From Anaeromyxobacter sp. (GTDB lineage Bacteria; Myxococcota; Myxococcia; Myxococcales; Anaeromyxobacteraceae), in assembly GCA_049840735.1 (NCBI GenBank), contig JASGJN010000026.1, positions 288,001-352,000 on the forward strand: a stretch of 64,000 nucleotides of DNA. The letters run 5' to 3'. Positions 10,281 to 20,351 of the stretch are shown here, piece after piece (position 1 is the stretch's first letter; every line of letters starts with the position of its first letter). The position numbers were made by a program, and so were the translations under genes. The notes under the pieces were generated by a model, which saw nothing but the letters and a program-made list of their open reading frames with translations, was not told the DNA's origin and did not search any database.

Positions 10281-13200
10281 TCACAGCACCCTGATGGCGA
10301 TTGGCGTCGCCACGCCGCGCTCGAACACGTTCAGCTGGCCGCAGCGGGCGAAGTGGTTTCCGCTCGACCAGGGGGCGCCCGGCTGCGAGACCGCGGCCTC
10401 GAAGCCGGCCCCGCCGGAGAGGAAGGACTTCACCTCGAACCAGCCGTTCACGGTCTTGGAGCAGTCCATGTCCACGTCCAGCATCCAGTAGTGGGCGCCG
10501 AAGGTGTTCACCGGCGTCACGCCGTAGCCGTCCACCGCCACCGTGCGGAGCGTGCCCCAGGACGACTGCCACACGTTGGTGGTCCAGTCGGCCGGAGAGC
10601 CCTGCGCCGAGCTGCTCTGGCCGGCCTGCGGGCCGTACCAGTCGAGCAGCGTGTCGCCGACCTTGAGCGGCTGGGTGGTGGCGTTGAGCAGGTTGCGGTG
10701 GCGGATGGGGATGGCACAGAGCTGGTTGGCCGCGGTGCAGGTGCGCCCCAGCGCCGTCCGGGCGTAGGCCTCGTCGATGCCGCCGCGGAGCGAGAGGTTC
10801 TGGCCCACCGAGGTGACCGCCTTCACCAGGACGACCGTCCGCGTCCACTGCGCGCCCAGGTCGGTGACCGTGTAGCGCCTGGTCAGCTCGTCGAAGGTGA
10901 TCCGGTACCTGCTCTGCAGGAGGCGGATGTCGGCGCCGTTCTGGTCGGCCACGCCGTCCAGGTCCTGGTCGCCGTAGTTGACGCTCCAGTCGCCGTTGAG
11001 GTCGAACTTGAAGCGCGGATCGGCGTCCGGCCCCTGCGTCACGTCCACCGACCAGAGGTAGTCACCCACCAGCTTCATGGCGGTGCTGCCCCAGGCGTTG
11101 GCCGTGCCACGGAAGTAGAGGCGCGCCAGGCCGTGGCGGAACGGGACCGCGCGCGTCTGGCCGCCGCCCGGGCCGCCCACCTCCGGCCAGTCGGAGCGAC
11201 CCTCGACGCCGCCGGCGAGCGCCTCCTCCCAGTCGTAGAGCTGCCCGCCGGCGCCGACGGCGAACACGTCCAGCTTGCCGTTGCCGTCGATGTCGCCCAG
11301 CGCGGCGGCGCCCATGGAGCCGAACATGCCCATGCGGTGCGGCCAGCCGGGGAGCAGCCGGCCCTGGTAGTCCAGCGCGAAGACATGCGCGCCGCCGGCG
11401 TAGAAGAACGCGCCGGCCGGCGCCGCCGCCACCGGGGCCACGGTCAGGTCGTGGTGGGTCCACTGGCCGAGGCCGAAGAAGGCCTCGAAGGGATAGCCCG
11501 CCACCGCCGTGCCGTCGAGGTGGAAGCCGTAGAGGCCGGTCAGGTCGGCGATGGCCACGTCGGTGACGCCGTCGCCGTCGAGGTCGGTGAAGACGGCCGG
11601 CTCGTGGTTGCGGGGCGGGAGCACGATGGGCCAGCCCGGCAGCTCGGTCCCGTCGGCGCGCAGCATGAACGCGGTCCAGCCGCCGGGGGTGTAGCCCACC
11701 GAGAAGATCTCGGCCTTGCCGTCGTGGTCGGCGTCGATCAGGTGGACCTGGCCGAAGTCGCTCACGCCCTCCGGCGGGGAGATGTCGCGGACGCGCGTGC
11801 CATCGGCCTCGAAGATGGTGAAGGTGTCGTAGCCCCAGGAGGTCTCGGTGGTGCCGGGCCGAGAGGCCACCACCAGCTCGGGCTGGCCGTCACCGTCCAC
11901 GTCGGCGACCCCGTTCGACTTCACGTCGGGGATGGTCGGGCTGACCTGCTGCGGCCAGCCGGCCCGGGTGCGGCCCTGGGCGTCCACCACCGTCAGCTCG
12001 AGCTGGGCGACGGTGCTGGTGACGGCGATCAGCGTCTGGGCGATCTCCGGCTTGCCGTCGCCGTCCAGGTCGGCCGCGATGGCCGGCTCGGTGGCCTGCA
12101 CGTAGAGCGTGCCGGCCGGAACGGTGGGGAGGCGGCCGGCCGGGAAGCCCGGCACGAGCGTGCCGTCGGCGCGGTAGGCGTAGATGGGCGCCTGGCCGGG
12201 CGGGACCACCAGCGAGAGCACCAGCTCCGGCTTCCCGTCGGCGTCGAGGTCGGCCACGGTCACGGGGGTGAGCGCGGGGTAGGGGAGGGCGAGGGGGAAG
12301 CCCGCCACCGCGCTGCCGTCGCCGCGGTAGGCGTGGATGCTGGCCTCTCCGGTGACGACCACGGCGCGCTTGCCGTCGCCGGCCAGATCCACCAGCACCG
12401 GCGAGCGCGCGGCGAACGTGGTGTACATGTCCTCGATGTTCCTGGGCCAGCCGGGCTTCATGGCCGGGTCCACCAGGAAGCGGCTCTGGAACTCGTTGCC
12501 CTGGCCGTTCAGGTCGCGGACGCGCAGGCGGACCACCACCGGGTCGGCGCCGGAGAGCTGGGCGGGGTCGAGCGAGCCCAGCAGCCCGTTCACCACGCGC
12601 GCGGTGCCGGTCTCGAAGGGGGTGAAGACCAGCGTGCCGGTGCCGTGGTCCTGCGCCCAGGCCAGCTCGTACGAGGCGAAGCTGGAGCCGGTGGCGGTCC
12701 CGGTGACGGGGATGGCGGCGCCAGCGCTGGTGGCGCTGAAGCGGGCCGGGCCGGTCAGCAGGGCGGTGGTGTCGGGGATGGACTGGCCGGAGAGGACGTA
12801 CAGGAGGGCCTCGTCGGCGCGGACGGCGCCGGCGCCCGCGTCCTGCCCAGGGAGCGGGCTGGCGGTGTGGCGCAGCACCCAGCGCACCTGCTCGGGCGTC
12901 AGGCCGGGGCGGGCGGAGAGGAGCAGGGCCGCCACGCCGGAGACGTGCGGCGCGGCCATGGAGGTGCCGTCCAGCCGGACGTAGCTCCCGCCCACCACCT
13001 TCTCCGGGTACCAGCCCTGGAAGTGGCCCTGCGCCGCCGCCAGGGAGAGGACGTCGACGCCGGGGGCGCCCACGTCGACCCGGTCGCCGTAGTTGCTGAA
13101 CGAGGCGCGCTGCGCGGCGGCGTCGACGGCGGCCACGCAGAGGCCGCCGGCGGCGCGCGCCGGCGAGAAGACGGTGGCGTCGAAGCCGTAGTTGCCGGCG

Positions 13201-14231
13201 GAGTTCACGACCACGATGCCGCGGTCGTGCAGCGAGGCCACCACGTCGTCGAGCAGCCGCGAGGCGCTGCCGCCCCAGCTGTTGTTGATCACCTTGGCGC
13301 CGCGGTCGCCGGCGTAGATCATCGCGCTGGCCAGCGTCAGCGTGTCGCCGCCGCCGTTGGTGTCGAGCGCCTTCACCGGGAGGATGGTGGCGCTGGGCGC
13401 CACGCCCACGATGCCCAGGTGGTTGTTGGCGTTGGCGGCGATGGTGCCGGCCACGTGCGATCCGTGGCCCATGTCGTCGGTCGGGTCGCCGTTGTTGGCG
13501 ACGAAGTTCCAGCCGTGGACGTCGTCCACGTAGCCGTCGTGGTCGTCGTCCACGCCGTTGCCGGGGATCTCGCCGGGGTTGGTCCAGGCGCGCCCCTGGA
13601 TGTCCTCGTGGGCGAGGTCGAGGCCGGTGTCCACCACCGCGACCAGCACGCCGTTGCCGCTGGAGAAGTCGAGCGCGCGGTCGCCGCCCACGTCGTGGAA
13701 GCCCCACAGGTCGCCGAAGGCCTGGCCCCAGGCGCCGCTGCTGTTCAGGTAGGGGTCGTTGCCGGTGAAATCGGCCTTGTAGCGGTAGGCCGGCTCGGCG
13801 TACTCGACCGCCGCGTCACGGGCGAAGAGCCGCGCCATGACCGAGACGTCCACGGTGCTGCTGCGGACCACCAGCACGCGGTCCAGGCCGACCGCCTCGG
13901 CCGCGCGCAGGGCCGCGCCGCTGCTGGCGGGCACGCGGAAGGGCTGCGCCGTCGCGCCCAGGCGCGACATGAGGCTGGAGAGCTCCGAGGCCTTGGCCCC
14001 CGGGGCCAGCAGGGCGCTGGCGCTGCCGGCGCCGGGCCGGAGCTTCACGATGAGCTGCCCGGGGATCACCTCGGGCTTCGGCGGGAGCTTGCCCAGATCC
14101 ACCACCGGCGCGACGCCGCCGCCCTGCCGCTGCTCCTGCTTCTCCGGCTGTGCGCCGCACGCCGTGAAGAGCGCCAGCGCCACCACCGCCGCCGCGACCG
14201 ACCTCGAACCACGAACGAATGCCTGCAGCAT
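10281..14231 (-). CDS. Lipoprotein S8 subtilase with FG-GAP repeats and C-terminal amylase-associated domains
   Basis: Lipobox LFTAC; triad VAVVDTG, GHGSHVAG, GTSMAAPHV; DLDxDGKPE repeats; LYFRGTANAW module; YWMLDVDMDCSKT domain. Confidence 0.9.
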   Translation of the reverse strand: MLQAFVRGSRSVAAAVVALALFTACGAQPEKQEQRQGGGVAPVVDLGKLPPKPEVIPGQLIVKLRPGAGSASALLAPGAKASELSSLMSRLGATAQPFRVPASSGAALRAAEAVGLDRVLVVRSSTVDVSVMARLFARDAAVEYAEPAYRYKADFTGNDPYLNSSGAWGQAFGDLWGFHDVGGDRALDFSSGNGVLVAVVDTGLDLAHEDIQGRAWTNPGEIPGNGVDDDHDGYVDDVHGWNFVANNGDPTDDMGHGSHVAGTIAANANNHLGIVGVAPSATILPVKALDTNGGGDTLTLASAMIYAGDRGAKVINNSWGGSASRLLDDVVASLHDRGIVVVNSAGNYGFDATVFSPARAAGGLCVAAVDAAAQRASFSNYGDRVDVGAPGVDVLSLAAAQGHFQGWYPEKVVGGSYVRLDGTSMAAPHVSGVAALLLSARPGLTPEQVRWVLRHTASPLPGQDAGAGAVRADEALLYVLSGQSIPDTTALLTGPARFSATSAGAAIPVTGTATGSSFASYELAWAQDHGTGTLVFTPFETGTARVVNGLLGSLDPAQLSGADPVVVRLRVRDLNGQGNEFQSRFLVDPAMKPGWPRNIEDMYTTFAARSPVLVDLAGDGKRAVVVTGEASIHAYRGDGSAVAGFPLALPYPALTPVTVADLDADGKPELVLSLVVPPGQAPIYAYRADGTLVPGFPAGRLPTVPAGTLYVQATEPAIAADLDGDGKPEIAQTLIAVTSTVAQLELTVVDAQGRTRAGWPQQVSPTIPDVKSNGVADVDGDGQPELVVASRPGTTETSWGYDTFTIFEADGTRVRDISPPEGVSDFGQVHLIDADHDGKAEIFSVGYTPGGWTAFMLRADGTELPGWPIVLPPRNHEPAVFTDLDGDGVTDVAIADLTGLYGFHLDGTAVAGYPFEAFFGLGQWTHHDLTVAPVAAAPAGAFFYAGGAHVFALDYQGRLLPGWPHRMGMFGSMGAAALGDIDGNGKLDVFAVGAGGQLYDWEEALAGGVEGRSDWPEVGGPGGGQTRAVPFRHGLARLYFRGTANAWGSTAMKLVGDYLWSVDVTQGPDADPRFKFDLNGDWSVNYGDQDLDGVADQNGADIRLLQSRYRITFDELTRRYTVTDLGAQWTRTVVLVKAVTSVGQNLSLRGGIDEAYARTALGRTCTAANQLCAIPIRHRNLLNATTQPLKVGDTLLDWYGPQAGQSSSAQGSPADWTTNVWQSSWGTLRTVAVDGYGVTPVNTFGAHYWMLDVDMDCSKTVNGWFEVKSFLSGGAGFEAAVSQPGAPWSSGNHFARCGQLNVFERGVATPIAIRVL

Positions 14232-14382
14232 GTGCCTTCTTTCCCCTCTGTGAAGCTTCGAGGGCAGGACGCCGTCCGGGAGGCGCCAGGAAAGAGACCC
14301 GGGCACGCCCTGCCGTGATGTGGGGTCGTCTGGCGAGACCCCGTACGCACCGCTGAATGCCTGGAGCCGCCGGGATTGCACG

Positions 14383-14398
14383 GCGATTGCGCAATCGC
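14383..14398. promoter_or_regulatory. 16-bp perfect palindrome, candidate operator
   Basis: GCGATTGCGCAATCGC upstream of the S8 gene; half-sites recur at 15469 and 15492. Confidence 0.4.
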
Positions 14399-14559
14399 TG
14401 CCGTTCGCCGCGCGCGCACGCGCCCGGCTCCAACCAAGAAATGCAAATGCCCCGAACGCCGCGGGCAAGGGCCTGCGGCGAGCCGGCGCTGCCTGTCTCC
14501 GGTCCTCCTGGGCCCTCCGGTCCCAGGCAGGCGGAGTGGGAGGCCGGCCGGGCCCCGCG

Positions 14560-15327
14560 CTACGGCAGCGCCAGCGCGTAGTTCGCGCCGTTGTTGTTGT
14601 CCCAGTAGGTGCGGCCCGCGACCGTGTACGCGACGGCGTACTCGATCCGCCTGGTGCCGGCCGGCGCCGTGGCGTTGAACGACCAGGCCTCGGTCCCGGA
14701 GACCGTCGGGTAGCTGATCGAGCCGCCGTACGCGTACTGGTGGGCGCCGTCGAAGGTGGCGCTCACGGTCCTGGTCGTGGCCCAGCCGTCGGTGCTGTAG
14801 ACCACCGTGACGGCCTTCGCATGGGCCAGGTTGCGGACCAGCACGTTGCCGTAGAAGCTGACCGAGCCCTGGCCGTTCACGTAGGCGCTGGCCCACTTGA
14901 GCAGCGCGTTGCCGGCGATCAGGTGATCGCCCTCGTTCTTGTCCACGCGGAAGTTCCGGCCGCCGTCGTTGTCCCAGTACTCGCGGCCGTCCACCACGTA
15001 GCGGATCACGAACTGGTTGCCGAAGAGCTTGCCGCCGCCGAGCGCGGTGACGCTGGCGCCCATGCGCCAGAGCTCGGTGTTGCCGCCGGAGGGCTGCACG
15101 TAGGTGCCGGCGCCGACCTCCTGCCAGGAGCCGTCGGCCATCTCCGCCCAGAACGAGAGCTGCTTCGCGTAGCCCAGGTTCTGCACCCGGACCAGCGCCT
15201 CGCGGTTCTCCGCGTAGATGCCGTAGTGCGAGGTCTGGTAGGCCTCCACGGTCAGGAGCTGGACCTCTCCGGCGGCGAAGGCGAGCGCGGGCACCAGGGC
15301 CAGCGCGGACAGCAGCAGCTTATTCAT
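14560..15327 (-). CDS. Secreted protein with two CBM21-like starch/glycogen-binding domains
   Basis: Signal peptide; twice VxNLxxAK...YxVxGxxYWDNxxGxN(F/Y). Confidence 0.8.
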   Translation of the reverse strand: MNKLLLSALALVPALAFAAGEVQLLTVEAYQTSHYGIYAENREALVRVQNLGYAKQLSFWAEMADGSWQEVGAGTYVQPSGGNTELWRMGASVTALGGGKLFGNQFVIRYVVDGREYWDNDGGRNFRVDKNEGDHLIAGNALLKWASAYVNGQGSVSFYGNVLVRNLAHAKAVTVVYSTDGWATTRTVSATFDGAHQYAYGGSISYPTVSGTEAWSFNATAPAGTRRIEYAVAYTVAGRTYWDNNNGANYALALP

Positions 15328-15636
15328 GGCGTCTTCCCCCTCGGTTCAGGCTTCCTGGCGCGGCAGCCTGTTCGACGACCGAGCCTCCTGGCACACGTTC
15401 TGGCCTCGGGTGGGCGGGGATGAAAGCCCCTCCCAGGGTCAATTCACGAAGGGTAAGATTTGCAGCTGGCGCAATCTGAAAGAGCTGCAACGCGCAATGT
15501 GAGCGTGCCAGACGGCTGGGAGAGAGGCGAAGGGCGCAGGCGCGCACCGGCCCTGCCGCGGGCGGCCGCGGCGGGATGTCTCGGCACCGGGCGACAAAAT
15601 GCCGGAGTGCGACAGGCGTTGGCGGTAGGCTGGAGC

Positions 15637-16641
15637 ATGCCCCGCGTCGCCGTCCTGATGCCTGCGCGCGACGCCGCCGCCACGGTGCGCGCGGCGGCGG
15701 CCTCGATCCTGCGGCAGACGGAGCGGGACCTGGCGCTGATCTGCGTGGACGACGGCTCGACCGATGCGACCGCCGAGGTGCTGGCCAGGCTGGCGGCGCG
15801 CGATCGCCGGGTGCAGGTGCTGCGCACCGGGGGCGCGGGCATCGCCGGTGCGCTGAACCGGGCGCTGGCCGCGGCGGACGCGCCGCTCCTGGCGCGCATG
15901 GACGCCGACGACGTGGCCCACCCGCGCCGCCTGGCGCTGCAGCGCGAGGCGCTGGAGGCCGACCCGGCGCTGGCCGCGGTGGGCGGCCGGGTGCGCCTCT
16001 TCCCGCGGCGCGCGGTGCGGGAGGGGATGCGCCGCTACGCGGCCTGGCTCAACGGCCTCACCACCCCGGCGCTCTGCGCGCGCGACCTGCTGGTCGAGGC
16101 GCCGCTGGTCCACCCGGCGGTCACGCTGCGCGCCGGCCCGCTGCGCGCCGTTGGCGGCTGGCGGGACGGCCCGTTCCCGGAGGACTACGACCTGTGGCTC
16201 CGGCTGGCCGCCGCCGGCGGGCAGCTCACGAACCTGCCGGTCCAGGTGCTCGACTGGCGCGAGTCCGGCGGCCGCGCCACCCGCACCGACCCGCGCTACG
16301 CGCTGGCGTGCCACGTGGCGCTCAAGTGCGCCCACCTGGCCCGCCACGTCCTGCCCGGCCGCCGCCAGGTGGCGCTGTGGGGGGCCGGCCAGACCGGGAA
16401 GGCCTTCGCCGACGCGCTGGCCGCCGAGGGGATCGCCGTGGCCCTCTTCGTGGAGGTGGACCGGAACAAGATCGGCCGGACCGTCCGCGGCGCCCCGGTG
16501 ATCGCCGCCGCCGAGGTCGAGCGCGTCCGCGGCCTGCCGCTGCTGGTGGCGGTGGGCGCCCCCGGCGCCCGCGACCTGATCCGCGCCGAGCTGGCGAGGG
16601 CGCGGCTCGAGGAGGGGCGGGAGTACTGGTGCGTGGCGTGA
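15637..16641 (+). CDS. Glycosyltransferase family 2
   Basis: VAVLMPARD, CVDDGSTD, ARMDADD, EDYDLWLR. Confidence 0.93.
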   Translation: MPRVAVLMPARDAAATVRAAAASILRQTERDLALICVDDGSTDATAEVLARLAARDRRVQVLRTGGAGIAGALNRALAAADAPLLARMDADDVAHPRRLALQREALEADPALAAVGGRVRLFPRRAVREGMRRYAAWLNGLTTPALCARDLLVEAPLVHPAVTLRAGPLRAVGGWRDGPFPEDYDLWLRLAAAGGQLTNLPVQVLDWRESGGRATRTDPRYALACHVALKCAHLARHVLPGRRQVALWGAGQTGKAFADALAAEGIAVALFVEVDRNKIGRTVRGAPVIAAAEVERVRGLPLLVAVGAPGARDLIRAELARARLEEGREYWCVA

Positions 16642-16645
16642 GGGA

Positions 16646-17056
16646 CTACGGCCTAACCTTCGCCCGCTCGAACTCCACCTCGATGGCGTCGATCGAGAGC
16701 CGGATCTCGTGCACGCAGTAGGCGAGCGAGCCCACGAAGCAGCCCAGGGCCGCGACGAAGAAGCCCTGGCCGACGGCCGGGAACCCGTTGGCCAGCGCGC
16801 CCATCGAGAGCGCGGCCAGCGTGATGGCGGCCAGGCCGAAGAGCTGCATGCGGCGGATGAGGTGGAGGCGGAAGCGCAGCGAGCGGAGCTGGACCTCCCA
16901 GTGCGGCTGCGGGTCGGCCAGGTGCTCCCGCAGCATGGCGCGCGCCACGCTGGTCAGGCCCAGGAAGCGCGTGGTGTAGGAGATGAACAGCAGCGAGATG
17001 GCGGGGAAGATCAGGGCCGGGATGGAGATGCTGAGGGCCGGGGTGGCGTCGGGCAT
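16646..17056 (-). CDS. DUF2721 membrane protein
   Basis: PALIFPAISLLFISYTTRF...LRFRLHLIRRMQ...EIRLSIDAI. Confidence 0.8.
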   Translation of the reverse strand: MPDATPALSISIPALIFPAISLLFISYTTRFLGLTSVARAMLREHLADPQPHWEVQLRSLRFRLHLIRRMQLFGLAAITLAALSMGALANGFPAVGQGFFVAALGCFVGSLAYCVHEIRLSIDAIEVEFERAKVRP

Positions 17057-17087
17057 GCGGCGCAGGTTACCGCCCGGCCCGCCCTGA

Positions 17088-17897
17088 TCAGAAGTGGTAC
17101 ATGGCCGCGACGCTGCCGGTGAAGATCGACCAGGGCTCGGTGCCGCGCTGGGTGGTGATCCCCCACTGCCGCGATGACCGCTCGATGGGGCCGACCTCGG
17201 TCTTGACGCTGTCGTAGCTGATGGCCGCGCCCATGCTGGCCTCCATGGCCAGCTGAGGGATGCCGATGAAGCCGAAGTAGATCTCGAACCCCGCCCGCGC
17301 GCCCAGCCGCGCCGACCAGCCGGTGTACTTGGTGTCGTCGCCGCCGCTGTCGAGCGAGGGGATGGTCTCGTGGGCGTAGATGAGGTCGGCCTCGGGGACC
17401 AGCTCGAAGGTCGCGTGCTGGTGGTGGGTGAAGGCCAGCGGGAGGCCGAAGTGCAGGCCGAAACCGGAGAGGGAGGGGCCGTCGTTGGTCTGGAGCTGCC
17501 CGGCCTGCGGCGAGGTCACCGAGCTCTTGCGGTAGACCAGGCCGACGCCGGCGTCGACGCCCCAGTTCTTGGCCTTCCACCAGCCCTCCTTGGTCCAGTG
17601 GCGGAGGCCGACGGTGTAGACCGTGAGCGGGATGGGATCGGCCCCGCCGCTGGCCGGGAACTCGAACGGCTTGGTGTTGAAGACCACCAGCGCCCAGGTG
17701 CCCATGGCCCGCTGGCTGTCGCTCTCCGGCTTCTCCGGCTGGACGTAGCGCGTCACCGCCGCCGCGGGCGGGGGCGGCGGCGCAGGCGCGGGCTCCGGGG
17801 CCGGCGACGCCTGCCTGGGCGCGGGGGCGGCCAGCGCGGTGCCGGCGGAGCAGAGGAGGAGGACGGCGACGGCGCGGGCTTGGGACGAAGGGCGCAT
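17088..17897 (-). CDS. Probable outer-membrane beta-barrel protein
   Basis: Signal peptide, Pro-rich linker, alternating hydrophobic strands, C-terminal YHF. Confidence 0.7.
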   Translation of the reverse strand: MRPSSQARAVAVLLLCSAGTALAAPAPRQASPAPEPAPAPPPPPAAAVTRYVQPEKPESDSQRAMGTWALVVFNTKPFEFPASGGADPIPLTVYTVGLRHWTKEGWWKAKNWGVDAGVGLVYRKSSVTSPQAGQLQTNDGPSLSGFGLHFGLPLAFTHHQHATFELVPEADLIYAHETIPSLDSGGDDTKYTGWSARLGARAGFEIYFGFIGIPQLAMEASMGAAISYDSVKTEVGPIERSSRQWGITTQRGTEPWSIFTGSVAAMYHF

Positions 17898-18101
17898 GCA
17901 GGGGCCTCGGACGGGAAGTGGACCTTCTTGGTGCGCGGCCCCGGGCAGGACAAGCCCGTGCTGGGGCGTGCGGTGCACTGTCCGTCACGTGCACGGAGGG
18001 TGAGGTGCGCGGGTGTGCGACCCGCACCCCGGACCCATGCAAGGCGGCTGAACGGGTGGTCGCGCCACGCTCCCAGCCCTAAAGACGTGCCTTTCCCCGG
18101 A

Positions 18102-18701
18102 GTGGAACATGCGCGCCGAAAGACCGTCCTGGCCGGCCGGCGAAGGTCCGTTCGTCTCGAGCCAGCGGGCCCGGACGGCCCGCGGAGTCGAAGGGCGAAG
18201 GGCGCGCGGGCGCTCTCGCCGGTGCTCGCAGCCGCCGCGGCGCTGCTGGCCTGCGCCGGCGCAGAGGGCAACGGCTCCACCACCGAGCCCCCGCCCGGCC
18301 AGACCACCTGCCCCATCCCCAGCGCGCAGGACCTGCCCACCTTCCGCGCCACCGTGCTGCCCATGCTGCAGTCCACCTGCGGGGCCAACAGCGCCATCTC
18401 CTGCCACGGCACCCCCTCGCCGCGCGGCCACGTCTCCTACTCGCCGGCGCTCACCGCGGACGACATCTGGGCGGAGCTGGTGGACGTGGAGCCGTCCAGC
18501 GCGCCGCCCGGCGCGGGCTGGCTGCGGATCGCCGCGGGCGATCCCTCCCGCTCCTGGCTGATCGAGAAGGTCACGCAGGACGACCCCGGCGGCGCCGGCC
18601 AGGCCTACGGCAACCGGATGCCGCTGGGGCTGCCCGACCTGTGCGACCCGACGGTGCAGACGCTCCGGACCTGGATCCTCCTCGGCGCACAGAACGACTG
18701 A
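18102..18701 (+). CDS. Lipoprotein with atypical heme-c-like motif (start uncertain: 18102 or 18222)
   Basis: LLAC lipobox; CGANSAISCH; GDPSRSWLIEKV...RMP...LRTWI like planctomycete-type cytochrome c domains. Confidence 0.65.
   Translation: MEHARRKTVLAGRRRSVRLEPAGPDGPRSRRAKGARALSPVLAAAAALLACAGAEGNGSTTEPPPGQTTCPIPSAQDLPTFRATVLPMLQSTCGANSAISCHGTPSPRGHVSYSPALTADDIWAELVDVEPSSAPPGAGWLRIAAGDPSRSWLIEKVTQDDPGGAGQAYGNRMPLGLPDLCDPTVQTLRTWILLGAQND
18148..18195 (+). repeat. REP-like repeat
   Basis: CCGTTCG..GAGC..GCGGGCC-CGGAC-GGCCCGC-GGAGTCGAAGGG. Confidence 0.75.
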
Positions 18702-18703
18702 CC

Positions 18704-20338
18704 ATGGCCGACCTCACCCCCATCACCTCCTGGACCGCCGACGACGTGCTGCACCTGGGCCGCCGCGCCGGGTTCGGCCTCACGCCCGAGGCGGCCGCCG
18801 CGCTCGCCGCCCAGGATCCGGGCACCGCCATCGCGGCCTGGGTCGGCGGCGCCGGCGCCTCCACCGCCGCCTTCGACGCGGCGCTGGCCCACGCCGACCC
18901 GGTCGACCAGCCCGCCAGCGGCGCCGCGGGCCCGGTGGCCGGCCCGCACGCCTACCTGGTCGAGGGGCGCGACGCCTGGCGCAACGACCTCTCCCGCGCG
19001 CAGGGCTACCTCGCCTTCCGCATGCAGTACGCGCCGGATGCCATGCGCGAGCGGCTGGGGCTCTTCTGGCACAACCTGTTCGCCACCGGCTGGTCCAAGG
19101 TCGGCAGCGTGGCGCTGATGCTCCAGCAGCAGGAGACGCTCCGCGCGCGGGCGCTGGACCGCTTCGACGACCTGCACGTGGCGGTGTCCAAGGATCCGGC
19201 CATGTGCATCTGGCTGGACTCGATCCTGAACCACGCGCGCGGGGACGACGTCCCCAACGAGAACTACGCGCGCGAGGCGATGGAGCTCTACTCGCTGGGC
19301 GCCGACAACGGCTACAACCAGCAGGACATCACGCAGCTGGCGCGCGCCCTCTCCGGCTGGGCCTACACCGTGGCGGCCGCCGACCTGGTGCAGGATCCCA
19401 ACGGCGGGCGGGCGGCCGCGCGCGGCACGTTCCGCGTCTACGACGGCTCGCCCGTCTCCGGCGAGTACGTGTGGTGGGACCAGGGCGCGGACACGCTGCC
19501 CACGCAGCTGCCGGACGTGCGCGCCACCGGCGGCGTGACCTTCCTGGGCAAGGCCTTCGACGACCTCTCCACCGCGCCCGAGGGCCTGGCCGCGGGCGAG
19601 GACGTGCTGCGCGCCATCGTGAGCGAGCGCGGGCCCCAGGTGGCGCAGTTCCTGGCCCGCCGCCTGGTGCTGGGGTTCGTGACCGGCGCGCCCGTCCAGG
19701 CCGACCTGGACCAGGTGGCCGACCTCGTCCGCGTCGAGGCCGGCTTCGACCTGCAGGTGGTGCTGACGCGGCTGCTCTCCAGCCGCTGGTTCTTCGACCC
19801 GGCCAACCGCTTCGCGCTGGTGGAGGGGCCGGTTTCCTGGACCGTGCGGGCGGCGCGCGCCCTGGGCTACCCGCTGGCCGAGGCGTCCGGCGCCAGCGCG
19901 GCGACGAACCGCTTCCCGGCCTGGGCCGAGGTGGCCGAGTACTTCGATGCGGCCGGCATGAAGCTGCTCGACCCGGCCGGCCCCAATGGCTGGCGCGAGG
20001 ACCTGGCCTGGCTCAACAGCGGCACCATCCGCGCCCGCACCCGGCTGGCCGCGGCGCTGGCGCTGGGCGAGACCTGGTGGCAGGGCGGCGCCGAGCGCGC
20101 CTTCTTCCCGGCCGATCCGCAGCGCTGGTTCCCGTCCGCGCCGGCCAGCCCGCAGGCGGTGCTGGACCGGCTGGTGGCGTTGCTGCAGCCCGCGCCCATC
20201 CCGGCCAGCGTCTCCGACGGCTGGCTCGCCGCCCTCTGGCCGGACGCCGCCGCCTTCGCGTGGGACGCGGAGGGGCAGCTGCGCGCGCGCGAGCTGGCCT
20301 ACCTCGTCCTCTGCTCCCCCTCGGCCCAGGTCTACTGA
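18704..20338 (+). CDS. DUF1800 family protein
   Basis: HLGRRAGFG, ERLGLFWHNLFAT, DPAMCIWLD, PNENYAREAMELYSLG. Confidence 0.93.
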   Translation: MADLTPITSWTADDVLHLGRRAGFGLTPEAAAALAAQDPGTAIAAWVGGAGASTAAFDAALAHADPVDQPASGAAGPVAGPHAYLVEGRDAWRNDLSRAQGYLAFRMQYAPDAMRERLGLFWHNLFATGWSKVGSVALMLQQQETLRARALDRFDDLHVAVSKDPAMCIWLDSILNHARGDDVPNENYAREAMELYSLGADNGYNQQDITQLARALSGWAYTVAAADLVQDPNGGRAAARGTFRVYDGSPVSGEYVWWDQGADTLPTQLPDVRATGGVTFLGKAFDDLSTAPEGLAAGEDVLRAIVSERGPQVAQFLARRLVLGFVTGAPVQADLDQVADLVRVEAGFDLQVVLTRLLSSRWFFDPANRFALVEGPVSWTVRAARALGYPLAEASGASAATNRFPAWAEVAEYFDAAGMKLLDPAGPNGWREDLAWLNSGTIRARTRLAAALALGETWWQGGAERAFFPADPQRWFPSAPASPQAVLDRLVALLQPAPIPASVSDGWLAALWPDAAAFAWDAEGQLRARELAYLVLCSPSAQVY

Positions 20339-20351
20339 CAAGGGAGCGCAC

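Noticed and set aside
14232..15520. Riboswitch or sigma54 promoter upstream of the S8 and CBM21 genes
   Set aside because: No riboswitch consensus recognised; TGGCAC...TTGC at ~15495-15511 has two extra spacer bases
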